Assembly (NCBI GenBank): GCA_001695645.1
Contig: LVZN01000008.1
Span: 1 to 32,000, forward strand
Origin: Erysipelotrichaceae bacterium MTC7
GTDB lineage: Bacteria > Bacillota_I > Bacilli_A > Erysipelotrichales > Erysipelotrichaceae
Reading direction: 5' to 3'
Length of the DNA stretch: 32,000 nt
The notes below the pieces were generated by a model. That model worked only from the letters and a program-made list of their open reading frames with translations, did not search any database and was not told the DNA's origin. Shown here in pieces: positions 9,035-18,642 of the stretch (positions are counted from its first letter, which is position 1; each line of letters starts with the position of its first letter). Made by a program: the position numbers and the translations under genes.

Positions 9035-9769
9035 TTGATGAAAAAAATATTAATAGCATTTTGCATGTTAGGTATGCTAGTTGCTTGTTCTGGTGAAAGC
9101 AAAGATGAGACAAGTACTACGGATACCAACAGCAAAGAAACTGGTAAAGACGTTACCTTTATTCAACAAACAAAGGATTATGATGACGATTTACCTGCTG
9201 TTAAAATGATTGTTTCTGTTGATGGACAAGAAAAAGAAATTGATATGGTCATCTTTGATAAAGAAGCACCAAAAGCAGCAGAAAACTTTTTAACACATGC
9301 AAAAGATGGATACTATAACGGCGTACCGTTCCATCGTGTGATTCAAGACTTCATGGTCCAAGGTGGTGATCCAACCGGTAGTGGTGCTGGTGGAGAAAGC
9401 ATTTGGGGAACACCATTTGAAGATGAGTTTTCTGCAAACTTAGTTAACGTACGTGGTGCGCTGTCGATGGCAAACAGTGGTCCCAATACCAATGGTTCCC
9501 AATTCTTCATCGTACAGGCAACAACAAGTAACGGATTTTCACAAACGTATAGCGAAAGCGATGCAAACTATAAAGCACTCAAGAGCATCTACGAAGAACT
9601 TGGTGGAACACCATGGTTAGATGGTGTACATACCGTCTTTGGAATGGTTGTACAAGGTATGGATGTTGTTGATGAAATGGCAGCGATGCAAAGCGATCAA
9701 AGTGGAACACCGTCTGCTGACATTCACATTGTATCGATGGAAGTTTGTACGTTCAAAGATATTAAATAA
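9035..9769 (+). CDS. Lipoprotein peptidyl-prolyl cis-trans isomerase (cyclophilin type)
   Basis: Signal peptide with lipobox LVAC|S. Cyclophilin motifs FHRVIQDFMVQGGDP and LSMANSGPNTNGSQFFI. The start is TTG 9035 or ATG 9038, directly abutting the glyA stop. Confidence 0.92.
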   Translation: MMKKILIAFCMLGMLVACSGESKDETSTTDTNSKETGKDVTFIQQTKDYDDDLPAVKMIVSVDGQEKEIDMVIFDKEAPKAAENFLTHAKDGYYNGVPFHRVIQDFMVQGGDPTGSGAGGESIWGTPFEDEFSANLVNVRGALSMANSGPNTNGSQFFIVQATTSNGFSQTYSESDANYKALKSIYEELGGTPWLDGVHTVFGMVVQGMDVVDEMAAMQSDQSGTPSADIHIVSMEVCTFKDIK

Positions 9770-9779
9770 AGAAAAACGA

Positions 9780-9813
9780 AAAACCTTCAAGCAAAATTGT
9801 TTGGAGGTTTTTA
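9780..9813 (+). terminator. Rho-independent terminator ending the tsaC-glyA-PPIase operon
   Basis: AAACCTTCAA (9781-9790) pairs with TTGGAGGTTT (9801-9810), including one G-U pair, followed by a T-run. Confidence 0.7.
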
Positions 9814-9833
9814 TGCCTTCACATGGATTTCAT

Positions 9834-9861
9834 TTGTTTATGCGCTTTGATGTGGTAAAAT
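9834..9861 (+). promoter_or_regulatory. Promoter of the S41 protease gene
   Basis: TTGTTT (9834-9839), a 16-nt spacer, then TAAAAT (9856-9861) with an upstream TGn extended -10. The SD GAGGAAAG follows. Confidence 0.5.
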
Positions 9862-9880
9862 TATTGAGCGAGGAAAGATT

Positions 9881-11374
9881 ATGGAAGAAAATAATACACG
9901 AAAAATAAAAGTGGAAAAACATGTTTGGCCAGATGAGCGACAAGCACAACGCAACAAAAGACGTAAAAATGTCTTAATGGTTGTTTTGTGTATTTTGTTT
10001 TTCTTGGGAGGATACCTTTTTAATGGTGCGACAAGTGCAACACCAATGATTAACAATCGTGATGGTGCTTTAGAAAGTGAATCACAAAAGTTTAATGAAA
10101 TATATGAAATCATGCAAACAGAATGGTATTTTGGAAAAGATCAAAAAGATATTACCGAATACTTACTGGATCAAAGCATCTTCGGGTTGGCAAACTATAA
10201 CGAAAGTGACCCCCATACACAATATTTAAGTGCTGAAGAGGCAAAAAGCTTAATGACATCGTTAAGTGGTTCGCTTACCGGAATTGGAATTCAGTACTAC
10301 AAACAAAACGATTCCATTTTGGTTGATAAAGTATACAAAGACTCACCTGCAGAAAAAGGTGGGCTCATCCAAGGAGATATCATTACCAAAGTAGATGGTG
10401 TGGATATTACAGGAATGGATATTGATAAGATTAAAGAAATGATTTTGGGTGAAGAAGGAACGAAAGTTCGCGTCGAAATCAAACGTGGTTCAGATGTAAA
10501 AACCATCGAGATGACAAGAGCAACCATTTCCATCACGGCCTATGGATATGTGAAAGATGGTGTTGGAATTCTTGAATTGTCTTCTTTCTCTGATAATACA
10601 GCAGATGAAGTAGCAGCCTATGCCAAAGCATTTAAGGAACAAGGTGTGAAAAACATCGTCTTGGATTTACGAAATAATGGTGGTGGATATGTGCAAACAG
10701 CACTTGATATTGCTGGTATCTTCATGGGTCCAGGGAAAACGGTCATCTATCAAGAGAATAAAAAAGGTGATTTAACGGCTTACGAATCAAACAAGGTGGC
10801 TGAGACTTACGAATTTGACAATTATGCGATTTTGATGAATGCAAATACAGCTAGTGCTTCAGAGTTATTAGCTGCTGCTTTCAAAGAACATTTACATGCA
10901 TCTCTTGTGGGAACCAAAAGTTATGGAAAAGGAACGGTGCAACAATCCGTTGACTTTAAAGATGGAAGTATCTTTAAGTTCACGGTTGCACAGTGGTTAA
11001 CCCCAACAAAGGAAAAAATTAATAAAGTAGGATTGGAACCAGATGTTGAAAGTAAATTACCAACAGCATTGACGTTCACGCCAAGCTCTGATGATAAAAC
11101 ATACAAAGTGGATGAAGTGGGTGCAGGTATCAAAGATGCACAAATCTATCTGGCCTTCTTAGGCTATGATGTCGACCGTCAAGATGGATATTTTTCTTCA
11201 AAAACGGCAAGTGCACTAGAACAATTTGAAAAAGACAACAAGCTGGCAGAAAATCAAACAATTGATGAAGCCATCTTGAGTGCTTTGAATTCTGCTTGTG
11301 CAAGAAAATGGCATGATGAAAAAGATACACTTGATAGCCAATTGTTAAAAGCGATAGAGGTCGTAAATAAGTAA
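9881..11374 (+). CDS. Carboxy-terminal processing protease (peptidase S41) with N-terminal membrane anchor, PDZ domain and C-terminal peptidoglycan-binding domain
   Basis: TM segment VLMVVLCILFFLGGYLF. PDZ domain (GIGIQY...GGLIQGDIITKVDG). S41 core (LDLRNNGGGY, NANTASASELLA, GTKSYGKGTVQ). PG_binding_1-like tail (IYLAFLGYDVDRQDGYFSSKTASALEQFEKDNKL). Confidence 0.9.
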   Translation: MEENNTRKIKVEKHVWPDERQAQRNKRRKNVLMVVLCILFFLGGYLFNGATSATPMINNRDGALESESQKFNEIYEIMQTEWYFGKDQKDITEYLLDQSIFGLANYNESDPHTQYLSAEEAKSLMTSLSGSLTGIGIQYYKQNDSILVDKVYKDSPAEKGGLIQGDIITKVDGVDITGMDIDKIKEMILGEEGTKVRVEIKRGSDVKTIEMTRATISITAYGYVKDGVGILELSSFSDNTADEVAAYAKAFKEQGVKNIVLDLRNNGGGYVQTALDIAGIFMGPGKTVIYQENKKGDLTAYESNKVAETYEFDNYAILMNANTASASELLAAAFKEHLHASLVGTKSYGKGTVQQSVDFKDGSIFKFTVAQWLTPTKEKINKVGLEPDVESKLPTALTFTPSSDDKTYKVDEVGAGIKDAQIYLAFLGYDVDRQDGYFSSKTASALEQFEKDNKLAENQTIDEAILSALNSACARKWHDEKDTLDSQLLKAIEVVNK

Positions 11375-11378
11375 TGTG

Positions 11379-11410
11379 AAACCTGGAGAAATCCGGGTTT
11401 TCTTTTGTTT
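11379..11410 (+). terminator. Rho-independent terminator after the S41 protease gene
   Basis: AAACCTGG-AGAAAT-CCGGGTTT hairpin followed by TTTTCTTTTGTTTTT. Confidence 0.7.
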
Positions 11411-11439
11411 TTCACAAACGAAGTAAGAGGTTGGATTTC

Positions 11440-11468
11440 TATACAAACCTAGGCTTCTATGGTAGAAT
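11440..11468 (+). promoter_or_regulatory. Extended -10 promoter of uvrB
   Basis: TGgTAGAAT (11460-11468) with a weak -35 TATACA 17 nt upstream. The SD AAGGGAGG precedes ATG 11492. Confidence 0.45.
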
Positions 11469-11491
11469 GATGCATACAAAGGGAGGCGTTT

Positions 11492-13468
11492 ATGGAAGAT
11501 CAATTGTTTCAATTAGTGAGTGAATTTCAACCCCAAGGAGATCAAATTGCCGCAATCAAAGAATTGACGCAAGGTATCCTTGAACATAAAAAAGAACAAG
11601 TCTTACTGGGTGCTACAGGTACAGGTAAGACCTTTACGGTTTCTAATGTAATTGCGCAGGTGAATAAACCAACCCTTGTATTTGTCCACAACAAAACCTT
11701 GGCTGGTCAATTGTACACCGAATTCAAAGAGTTCTTCCCACATAATCGGGTCGAGTATTTTGTGTCAAACTTTGACTACTATCAACCAGAAGCGTACATT
11801 CCAACCAGTGATACGTACATCGATAAAACTACGAAACAAAATGAGGAGTTGGAGATGTTGCGAATGTCTGCTGTAAATAGTGTACTGGAACGTCGAGATA
11901 CGATTATCGTCGCTTCCGTTGCTTGTATTTATGGTAGTAGTGATCCAGCGATTTATCGTGGTATGTTTATGAACATTCGGGTGAATGAACAAATTGATCG
12001 CAAAGAACTTGTTGGTAAGTTGGTTGCACGTCAATATGTCCGTAATGACATGGATCTAAAAAAAGGAACGTTCCGTGTTCGTGGAGATAGTATTGAAGTC
12101 GGGCTTGGATATACCGATGATTATATTTTACGGATCGAGATGTTTGATGATATCATCGAGCGAATTGTCGAAGTGGATCCCTTAACTGGAAAAGTGCACC
12201 AAGGATATCAACTGTATAACATTTATCCGGCAAGTGGATATGCAACACCAAAAGAGCAAATTGAACGTGCTTGCGTTGGAATTGAAACAGAGTTGGAAGA
12301 TCGTTTGGAATATTTTCGTGGTGATGATAAACTCCTAGAAGCACAACGCTTGGAACAACGTTGTTTGTATGATGTGGAAGCACTACGTGAATTTGGAGTA
12401 TGTCCAGGAATTGAAAATTATTCACGTCATATTGATGGGCGTGCACCTGGTCAAATGCCATACACCTTATTTGATTATTTTCCAGATGACTTTTTAATCG
12501 TGGTGGATGAAAGCCACGTAAGTTTGCCACAAATTCGTGGAATGTTCAATGGAGACCGTGCACGAAAAACGACGTTGGTGGATTATGGATTCCGCTTACC
12601 TAGTGCGCTGGATAACCGCCCTTTACGTTTTGAAGAGTTCGAAGGTAAAGTAAATCAAGCCATTTATGTAAGTGCGACACCTGGAGACTATGAACTAGAA
12701 AAAACCAATGGAAAGATTGTTGAACAGATCATTCGTCCAACGGGTCTACTTGATCCAAATGTCGAAATTCGAAAAACAATGGGTCAAATTGACGATATTG
12801 TTGATGAAATTCACAGCCAAATTGAAAAAGGTGAGCGTACGTTAATTACAACACTAACTGTACGTATGGCTGAAGAACTAACTGCCCATTTGAAACAAAT
12901 GGACTTTAAGGTTGCTTGGTTACACCACGAAGTAACAACCATTGAACGTACGGAAATCATCCGTGAATTGCGTCAAGGGAAATACGATGTGCTTGTCGGA
13001 ATCAACTTGTTGCGGGAAGGGTTAGACATTCCTGAAGTTAGTTTGATTTGTATTCTTGATGCGGATAAAGAAGGATTCTTACGAAGCAAGCGTTCGCTAG
13101 TTCAAATTATTGGTCGTGCTGCACGTAATGAACATGGACGTGTCATTATGTATGCAGATAAAATGACGGATAGTATGCAATATGCAATCGATGAGACAAG
13201 TCGACGTCGTGCCATTCAAGAAGCGTACAATAAAGAACATGGCATTACACCAAAAACAATTATCAAACCAATTCATGAAGCACTTCACTCTGTGGAAACC
13301 AAAGAGATGGCGAAGAAGTACATGAATAAAGATAAGAAACTGTCGAAGAAAGATAAAGATAAAATGATTAAGAATATAGAAAAAGAAATGAAGGAAGCTG
13401 CAAAAGTGTTAGACTTTGAACGTGCCGCTGAACTTCGTGATATTTTAATGGAGTTGCGTAATGAGTAA
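11492..13468 (+). CDS. uvrB: Excinuclease ABC subunit B
   Basis: 658 aa with Walker [10 protein letters not shown], the DESH box (VVDESHVS), helicase motifs ([23 protein letters not shown]) and the C-terminal UVR domain ([13 protein letters not shown]). Confidence 0.98.
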   Translation: MEDQLFQLVSEFQPQGDQIAAIKELTQGILEHKKEQVLLGATGTGKTFTVSNVIAQVNKPTLVFVHNKTLAGQLYTEFKEFFPHNRVEYFVSNFDYYQPEAYIPTSDTYIDKTTKQNEELEMLRMSAVNSVLERRDTIIVASVACIYGSSDPAIYRGMFMNIRVNEQIDRKELVGKLVARQYVRNDMDLKKGTFRVRGDSIEVGLGYTDDYILRIEMFDDIIERIVEVDPLTGKVHQGYQLYNIYPASGYATPKEQIERACVGIETELEDRLEYFRGDDKLLEAQRLEQRCLYDVEALREFGVCPGIENYSRHIDGRAPGQMPYTLFDYFPDDFLIVVDESHVSLPQIRGMFNGDRARKTTLVDYGFRLPSALDNRPLRFEEFEGKVNQAIYVSATPGDYELEKTNGKIVEQIIRPTGLLDPNVEIRKTMGQIDDIVDEIHSQIEKGERTLITTLTVRMAEELTAHLKQMDFKVAWLHHEVTTIERTEIIRELRQGKYDVLVGINLLREGLDIPEVSLICILDADKEGFLRSKRSLVQIIGRAARNEHGRVIMYADKMTDSMQYAIDETSRRRAIQEAYNKEHGITPKTIIKPIHEALHSVETKEMAKKYMNKDKKLSKKDKDKMIKNIEKEMKEAAKVLDFERAAELRDILMELRNE

Positions 13469-14657
13469 ACAACAAAACCATAAAATGTACTGGTTTTTGG
13501 TCGTCGTTGCCATTGAAATCATGGCAGCAAACTTTGCTCACCCGATTACTCCAACCCTATTACAAAACCTACACATGCCAGACTATATGTTTGGCTTTGT
13601 GTATGCAGGAATGTCGTTTACCAACTTTTTGTTTTCACCAATGTGGGCAACCCTTGGAAAACGCTTGGGTAGTAAAAAGACCTTATTGATTTGTTGCTGT
13701 GGCTACGGGTTTGGTCAGTTTTTGTTTATGCTATTTAAAACACCCATGCCAATTATGTTTGCCCGCATGGTGAGTGGCTTTTTCGTTGGTGGTATTTTTG
13801 TGAGTCAATTAACTTATATTATTCATCAAGCAGATCATGAAAGTCGCGGTAAGTTTCTAGCACTAAATGCGACAATTCAAACGGTGTTTGGTGCATTTGG
13901 GTATATGATTGGTGGATTTAGTGGGTTGGTATCTACAGAATTTACCTTTATGTTACAAGTGCTAACACTTATTGCCAGTGGTGTCTTGTTTTTTGTGATT
14001 TTGGATGAGGATAAAGAGGAAACACAAACGAAATTCTCTTTTCATAAAGAAGCCAATCCATTTCGAGCATTCTTTAATGCGCGTAAGTTTATGAGTTTTG
14101 CCTTTATCATCTTATTTACGGTTGTGTTTTTAACTTCGTTAGCGACAACGACCTATGACCAAAGTTTAAACTATTATTTAAAAGATGTATTCAATTTCAA
14201 CTCCAGTTATAACGGTATTATGAAAGCAGTCGTAGGATTGATTTCACTGCTTGCCAACACAACGATTTCCTTGTGGATCATGCGCCACACCGATGTGGCA
14301 AAATCATTTGTCGTGGTATGTCTAGTTGCATCATTACTGTTGTTTGGTGTTTACATGAGTAGTGATTTTCTACCGTTTGCATTCTTCAACTTATTATTCT
14401 TTGGTGTGAATGCAATTTATATTCCATTGATCCAAGATCTATGCGCAAAAAATGCAACAGAAGCATACAGTGGAGAAGTGATGGGATTTTATAATTCAAT
14501 GAAATCGATGGGAATGGTCATTGGTGGCGTATTTGCTGGTGCAATCTATACAGCAGGACCAAAATTATCATTTTTATCCAGTGGGATTTTCTTCGGTTTA
14601 TCCGCAATCTTGATTTTCTTGTTGCGTGTGTCACGAAAAAGTAAAATGAAACCATAA
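13461..14657 (+). CDS. MFS transporter (substrate unknown)
   Basis: 398 aa, about 12 hydrophobic segments, with the MFS-like loop [11 protein letters not shown] between TM2 and TM3. The ATG overlaps the uvrB stop by 8 nt, with GGAG 7 nt upstream. Confidence 0.8.
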   Translation: MSKQQNHKMYWFLVVVAIEIMAANFAHPITPTLLQNLHMPDYMFGFVYAGMSFTNFLFSPMWATLGKRLGSKKTLLICCCGYGFGQFLFMLFKTPMPIMFARMVSGFFVGGIFVSQLTYIIHQADHESRGKFLALNATIQTVFGAFGYMIGGFSGLVSTEFTFMLQVLTLIASGVLFFVILDEDKEETQTKFSFHKEANPFRAFFNARKFMSFAFIILFTVVFLTSLATTTYDQSLNYYLKDVFNFNSSYNGIMKAVVGLISLLANTTISLWIMRHTDVAKSFVVVCLVASLLLFGVYMSSDFLPFAFFNLLFFGVNAIYIPLIQDLCAKNATEAYSGEVMGFYNSMKSMGMVIGGVFAGAIYTAGPKLSFLSSGIFFGLSAILIFLLRVSRKSKMKP

Positions 14658-14771
14658 AATAATGTTACAGATAGTCAATTCTATTTAAAACAGAGTTTCC
14701 TTTACGGCAAATGAAAGTTATAACATTTTTAAGTAAAAGTTGCATTAGAGTTAACTAAAGTACTTGTTATC

Positions 14772-14809
14772 AAAAAATCCTGACCTCATAATGAGTTCAG
14801 GATTTTTTT
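14772..14809. terminator. Bidirectional terminator between the convergent MFS and regulator genes
   Basis: ATCCTGACCTCA / TGAGTTCAGGAT hairpin (12 bp, one mismatch) flanked by an A-run (14772-14777) and a T-run (14803-14809). Confidence 0.75.
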
Positions 14810-14815
14810 GATTTA

Positions 14816-16744
14816 TCACACTTCTGTTTCGTGCTCGGTGACAATGTTTTCTAAAATAAGTCCTTCAAACGCGGAAAAAGTATTACATTCTTTGGCGAGT
14901 TGAATAATATTTTCTTTACTAAATAACTCCACCAACGCTTCATACAAATCATGAAAAATACGTTTGTCTGCTTTATTGATAGCAACAAGAAGAACAATAT
15001 TTACAACTTGATCATTCCAACGAATTCCCTTTTTTGAGATGCACACACTAACGCTAGTTTTGAGTGCTTCCATCTTCATGGCGTGAGGAATTGCAATATT
15101 TCCAAAAGCGGTAGATGCAGCATTTTCGCGAATGAGCACCTTATCTTCAAATGTTTCATCAACGTACTTTAAACTGAGCATTTTTGACGATAAGATGTGT
15201 AATACTTCATGTTTAGTTGACGCTTTTGTATTTGCAAGGAATAGTTCTGATGAAAAAAATTGGTGGAATTTGCTTTTCAAAATCCAATTTTTACGATTGT
15301 TAAATATCTTGTTAATTGTGTCATAAATTTGCACTTTATCTACTTGCTGAAAAAACGGTGGTATAAAGATAACATCTTGAACAATTTTTCTTTGTAAATG
15401 GACAGTTGTAATGCACATGCTAAATGAGTAGTTATCTAAATCGTCCTCTCTTGTAATTGTTTTGACAATATCAATTTGATTTCCAAATTCAATTAACAAT
15501 TGATTGTATATCTGCGTGCTAATTTTCATATATTCAGGACACAATAGAATACACTTTATTTTCTCATCATTCGTTTTTTGGCGTTCAATCTCAGCACCGA
15601 TATGTAGTGCTAAAAAAGTTACCTCATCTTCATTGATGTGAATGTTGCAGTGATCCATTAGTTCAAGAGAGATGTAGATGGCAATATCATATACAGTGGG
15701 ACAAGATGTCTTGATACTTTGGGTCATCGGATTTTTTGTAAAAACACCATTTTTTGCACGTAAAATAAGGTTTTTTAGATGTAATGTAAATGGAGTTAAG
15801 AAGTTTTCATTTCCCAAATTGATATAGTAATAATCATTTACTTTTTCAACTATCTCATTTGCTAAATGGATTGTGTCTGCACCAGCAATTTTTCGTAGTG
15901 TATCTTGACTTGAAGGTAATGAATAATTAGCGTTAGTTTTAAAAAGCATGTATATTTCATATTGCTCACTTCTGTTGAATTGAATTCCAAATTCATCTTC
16001 TAATAAAGCGCATAATTCAAAAACTAACGAATGCTCATTTTTGTCTTCAATTATAAAATCGGCATTTTTTTGATTAACGATATTTCCTTCTTTAATTCTA
16101 TCGATGATGATAACAATATGCAAAAGCAAGTTAATATTTGCAAAGTCGTTAATATAGTAATTGTGTTTATTGAAGGTTTTTGTGATAACCGTATTTATTT
16201 TATCAATTGGCATATCTTGAAAACTATCTTTAATAATGTCAGCATTCATAAATTTATTGTTTGTTTCTTCGTAAATTACGTAACTTACAAGCTTACGCTT
16301 GTTTTTTTCGCTTCCAATGATTCTTAAGGTATCGTTTTCGCAAACGAACTCTATATGAAAATTTGAAAAAGCTTTATTCATTTTTGCTATATCTGATTTA
16401 AGTGTTGAATAACTAACATATAGATTTTCACAGAGTTCATAAAGATCTAACTTTGATGTATGAGCAACGAGAATTTGCTTTACGATATAGAAACCTCTTT
16501 CTTCACTGGTTTGTGGAATCTGCGTATCTTGACGATCCAATAAATCTAGAGCCACGTTTTTGTTTATAGTATACCCAGCAATAGAAGATGAGATTATTTT
16601 TTCGTTTGCTTGGATATTTAATGTGTTGACATAACTTTTTATAGAACGAACAGAAACACCAAGGGCATTCGATAATTCTTTACTTGTTATCGGTCGCGTT
16701 TGTTCGCACAAAAAATTAATTAATTCAATGTGTTTTTTTTTCAT
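14816..16744 (-). CDS. PRD-domain transcriptional regulator of the LicR/MtlR/ManR type (HTH - PRD - PRD - EIIB-like - EIIA-like)
   Basis: 642 aa. N-terminal HTH (ITSKELSNALGVSVRSIKSYVNTLN) and central PRD-like repeats. EIIB-like segment KCILLCPEYMK. C-terminal EIIA type-2 motif (TAFGNIAIPHAMK). It is divergent from a PTS operon. Confidence 0.85.
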   Translation of the reverse strand: MKKKHIELINFLCEQTRPITSKELSNALGVSVRSIKSYVNTLNIQANEKIISSSIAGYTINKNVALDLLDRQDTQIPQTSEERGFYIVKQILVAHTSKLDLYELCENLYVSYSTLKSDIAKMNKAFSNFHIEFVCENDTLRIIGSEKNKRKLVSYVIYEETNNKFMNADIIKDSFQDMPIDKINTVITKTFNKHNYYINDFANINLLLHIVIIIDRIKEGNIVNQKNADFIIEDKNEHSLVFELCALLEDEFGIQFNRSEQYEIYMLFKTNANYSLPSSQDTLRKIAGADTIHLANEIVEKVNDYYYINLGNENFLTPFTLHLKNLILRAKNGVFTKNPMTQSIKTSCPTVYDIAIYISLELMDHCNIHINEDEVTFLALHIGAEIERQKTNDEKIKCILLCPEYMKISTQIYNQLLIEFGNQIDIVKTITREDDLDNYSFSMCITTVHLQRKIVQDVIFIPPFFQQVDKVQIYDTINKIFNNRKNWILKSKFHQFFSSELFLANTKASTKHEVLHILSSKMLSLKYVDETFEDKVLIRENAASTAFGNIAIPHAMKMEALKTSVSVCISKKGIRWNDQVVNIVLLVAINKADKRIFHDLYEALVELFSKENIIQLAKECNTFSAFEGLILENIVTEHETEV

Positions 16745-16806
16745 GTTATTAAACCCCTAAAGTATGATGTTTTCCTTTCTTGAGTTGGTATGTTTTCTTT
16801 TCTTTT

Positions 16807-16835
16807 ATTATAGGTGAAGAAAGACTAGGTGACAA
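16807..16835 (-). promoter_or_regulatory. Promoter of the PRD regulator gene
   Basis: Minus strand reads TTGTCA (16835-16830), a 17-nt spacer, then TATAAT (16812-16807). Confidence 0.6.
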
Positions 16836-16840
16836 TTTAT

Positions 16841-16864
16841 CTTTTGCACTACCCCGTGCAAAAG
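16841..16864. promoter_or_regulatory. Perfect inverted repeat CTTTTGCAC-N6-GTGCAAAAG, candidate operator of the PRD regulator
   Basis: The 9-bp arms are exact reverse complements. The repeat lies 5 bp from each of the two divergent -35 boxes. Confidence 0.5.
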
Positions 16865-16869
16865 TAAAG

Positions 16870-16898
16870 TTGAGAGAAATAAATAAAACGATGATAAT
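16870..16898 (+). promoter_or_regulatory. Promoter of the PTS/GH1 operon
   Basis: TTGAGA (16870-16875), a 17-nt spacer, then GATAAT (16893-16898). The SD AAAGGAGGTG precedes ATG 16931. Confidence 0.55.
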
Positions 16899-16930
16899 GA
16901 AATCGTAAGAAGACCAAAGGAGGTGAACAA

Positions 16931-17251
16931 ATGGAAATGAAGAAGATACTATTGTGCTGTGGAGCAGGGATGTCGAGTGGATTTTTGGCTCAAAGAACTA
17001 GACAAGCGGCAAAGAAAGAAGGTATTGCTGTCTCGATTGAAGCTCGAAGTATAGCTGATATTGCTAGTTATATGAGCTCTATCGATATATTAATGATCGG
17101 ACCACATTATGGAAATGAGTTGGGAAAATTTGAGGACATGGCTTCGCCCTATAATGTACCGGTTGTTGTAATTCCACAAATTGTCTATTCACAATTAAAA
17201 GGCGATGAATTACTTAAACTAGCATTAGAAACAATTGATGAGTCAAAATAA
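16931..17251 (+). CDS. PTS lactose/cellobiose-family EIIB component
   Basis: 106 aa. The N-terminal KILLCCGAGMSSGFLAQ carries the phospho-cysteine loop typical of EIIB(Cel/Lic). Confidence 0.92.
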   Translation: MEMKKILLCCGAGMSSGFLAQRTRQAAKKEGIAVSIEARSIADIASYMSSIDILMIGPHYGNELGKFEDMASPYNVPVVVIPQIVYSQLKGDELLKLALETIDESK

Positions 17252-17373
17252 AAGAGTTAAGTGGTCAGACTTAACTCAACTGAAAGAATTTAATGTGTAT
17301 ATCTTTCTACTATATTATACATGAAATAAACGTAGAAAAGAAAAATAATGTTCAAATAAATGAGGAGAATTAT

Positions 17374-18612
17374 ATGAAAAAATTTATGGATTGGTTAGCA
17401 AATTCGTTTGCTCCAAAAATGAATGAAATCTGTGGGCGTCCTTGGATTTCAGCAGTATCAAGTTCAATGCAAAAAATCATTCCGTTTATATTAACGGGAT
17501 CGTTAATTTATTTCTATAACGTATTTAGATCTTATATACCAGCCTTGCCAGATTTAGGGCCGATTGCTGATTATAGTTTCGGGATTATATCGTTAACTCT
17601 TGCTTTTGTTGTTGGACAACAAGTAATGGAAAAACTAGGAAAACCTTTCTATACAACAAATTGTGGATTGGTTGCAGTTGCAGTGTTCCTAATGTTTGTA
17701 ATGCCAACAACAGATGAAGCATACAACTTTATCATTCCAGGTGGAAGATTAGGTGCAACTGGAATTGCTGCAGGTTTGATTGCCGGACTATTTACATCAA
17801 TTATTTTTAATTTATGGTCAAAATTGAAATTCTTAGATGGATCTACATCAATTCCAGACTTTGTGTCAGGTTGGATTAATTATATTATCCCAACAGTATT
17901 GTGTTTAGGTATATCAATGATTATTACCGTACACTTAGAAATTGATATTTTCGAAGCAATTTTATCAGTATTTAGTCCATTGGCTGATTTTGGTCAAACT
18001 TTACCTGGATTTGTATTACTATGTTTCATTCCAGTCGTTTTGTATTCAATGGGAGTTTCTTCTTGGTTGTTTGGAGCTGTTGCAACACCGATTTACTTGG
18101 CTGGAATTCAAGCAAATATTGATGCAGTAGCAGCAGGAGGAATTGCAACCAACATCGCAACTAGTGAAACAGTATTTACAGCAGCATTAATTACCATGGG
18201 TGGTATGGGAGCAACCCTAGGGCTTAACTTCTTAATGATGTTTTCAAAATCTAAAAACCTAAAGACGATGGGAAGAATCTTTATTGGACCATCAATCTTT
18301 AACATTAATGAACCAATTATGTTTGGTGCTCCGGTAGTGTTTAATCCAATTTTGATGTTACCAATGTGGATTAATGGAATCGTTGGACCAGCCATTGTAT
18401 ATCTAGTTATGAGTTTGGGGTGGTTAAATATTCCAGCAACTTTAAATCAAGTAGGTCAAGTGCCTGTGCCAATTTCTACAGTCATGATTACACAAGATTT
18501 TAGAGGAATTATCTGGGCGATTGTATTGTTCATAGTTTACTTATTTATCTGGTACCCATTCTTCAAAGTATTTGAAAAAGAGTGTTTAGAGAAAGAAAAA
18601 GTTGAAGCATAA
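17374..18612 (+). CDS. PTS lactose/cellobiose-family EIIC permease
   Basis: Multi-pass membrane protein with an EIIC type-3 look (MDWLANSFAPKMNEI..., FNINEPIMFGAPVVFNP). The ORF opens at 17293, but ATG 17374 has GAGGAG 6 nt upstream, and the preceding 27 codons are AT-rich non-protein-like sequence. Confidence 0.9.
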   Translation: MKKFMDWLANSFAPKMNEICGRPWISAVSSSMQKIIPFILTGSLIYFYNVFRSYIPALPDLGPIADYSFGIISLTLAFVVGQQVMEKLGKPFYTTNCGLVAVAVFLMFVMPTTDEAYNFIIPGGRLGATGIAAGLIAGLFTSIIFNLWSKLKFLDGSTSIPDFVSGWINYIIPTVLCLGISMIITVHLEIDIFEAILSVFSPLADFGQTLPGFVLLCFIPVVLYSMGVSSWLFGAVATPIYLAGIQANIDAVAAGGIATNIATSETVFTAALITMGGMGATLGLNFLMMFSKSKNLKTMGRIFIGPSIFNINEPIMFGAPVVFNPILMLPMWINGIVGPAIVYLVMSLGWLNIPATLNQVGQVPVPISTVMITQDFRGIIWAIVLFIVYLFIWYPFFKVFEKECLEKEKVEA

Positions 18613-18642
18613 AGGGATAACGAAAAGGAAGGAAGATTTTAT

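Noticed and set aside
9621-9908. 95-aa plus-strand ORF bridging the PPIase 3' end, its terminator and the protease promoter
   Set aside because: It runs out of frame through a conserved cyclophilin domain and across a terminator hairpin. It has no SD and a nonsense-like sequence.
11411-11440. Possible LexA (Cheo-box, GAAC-N4-GTTC) site upstream of uvrB, around ACGAAGTAAGAGGTTG
   Set aside because: Only the left half-site is partly matched (GAAg) and the right half does not align to GTTC. That is too weak to call an SOS box.
16899-16912. Possible cre site TGAAATCGTAAGAA just downstream of the PTS promoter -10
   Set aside because: The left half and the CG centre fit, but the right half (TAAGAA versus NTNWCA) fails at three positions and the site is not palindromic. 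I do not regard it as a supported cre.
17293-17373. N-terminal 27-codon extension of the EIIC ORF (MCISFYYIIHEINVEKKNNVQINEENY)
   Set aside because: There is no SD before 17293, and the sequence is AT-rich spacer-like. A strong GAGGAG sits 6 nt before ATG 17374, which gives the canonical EIIC N-terminus.
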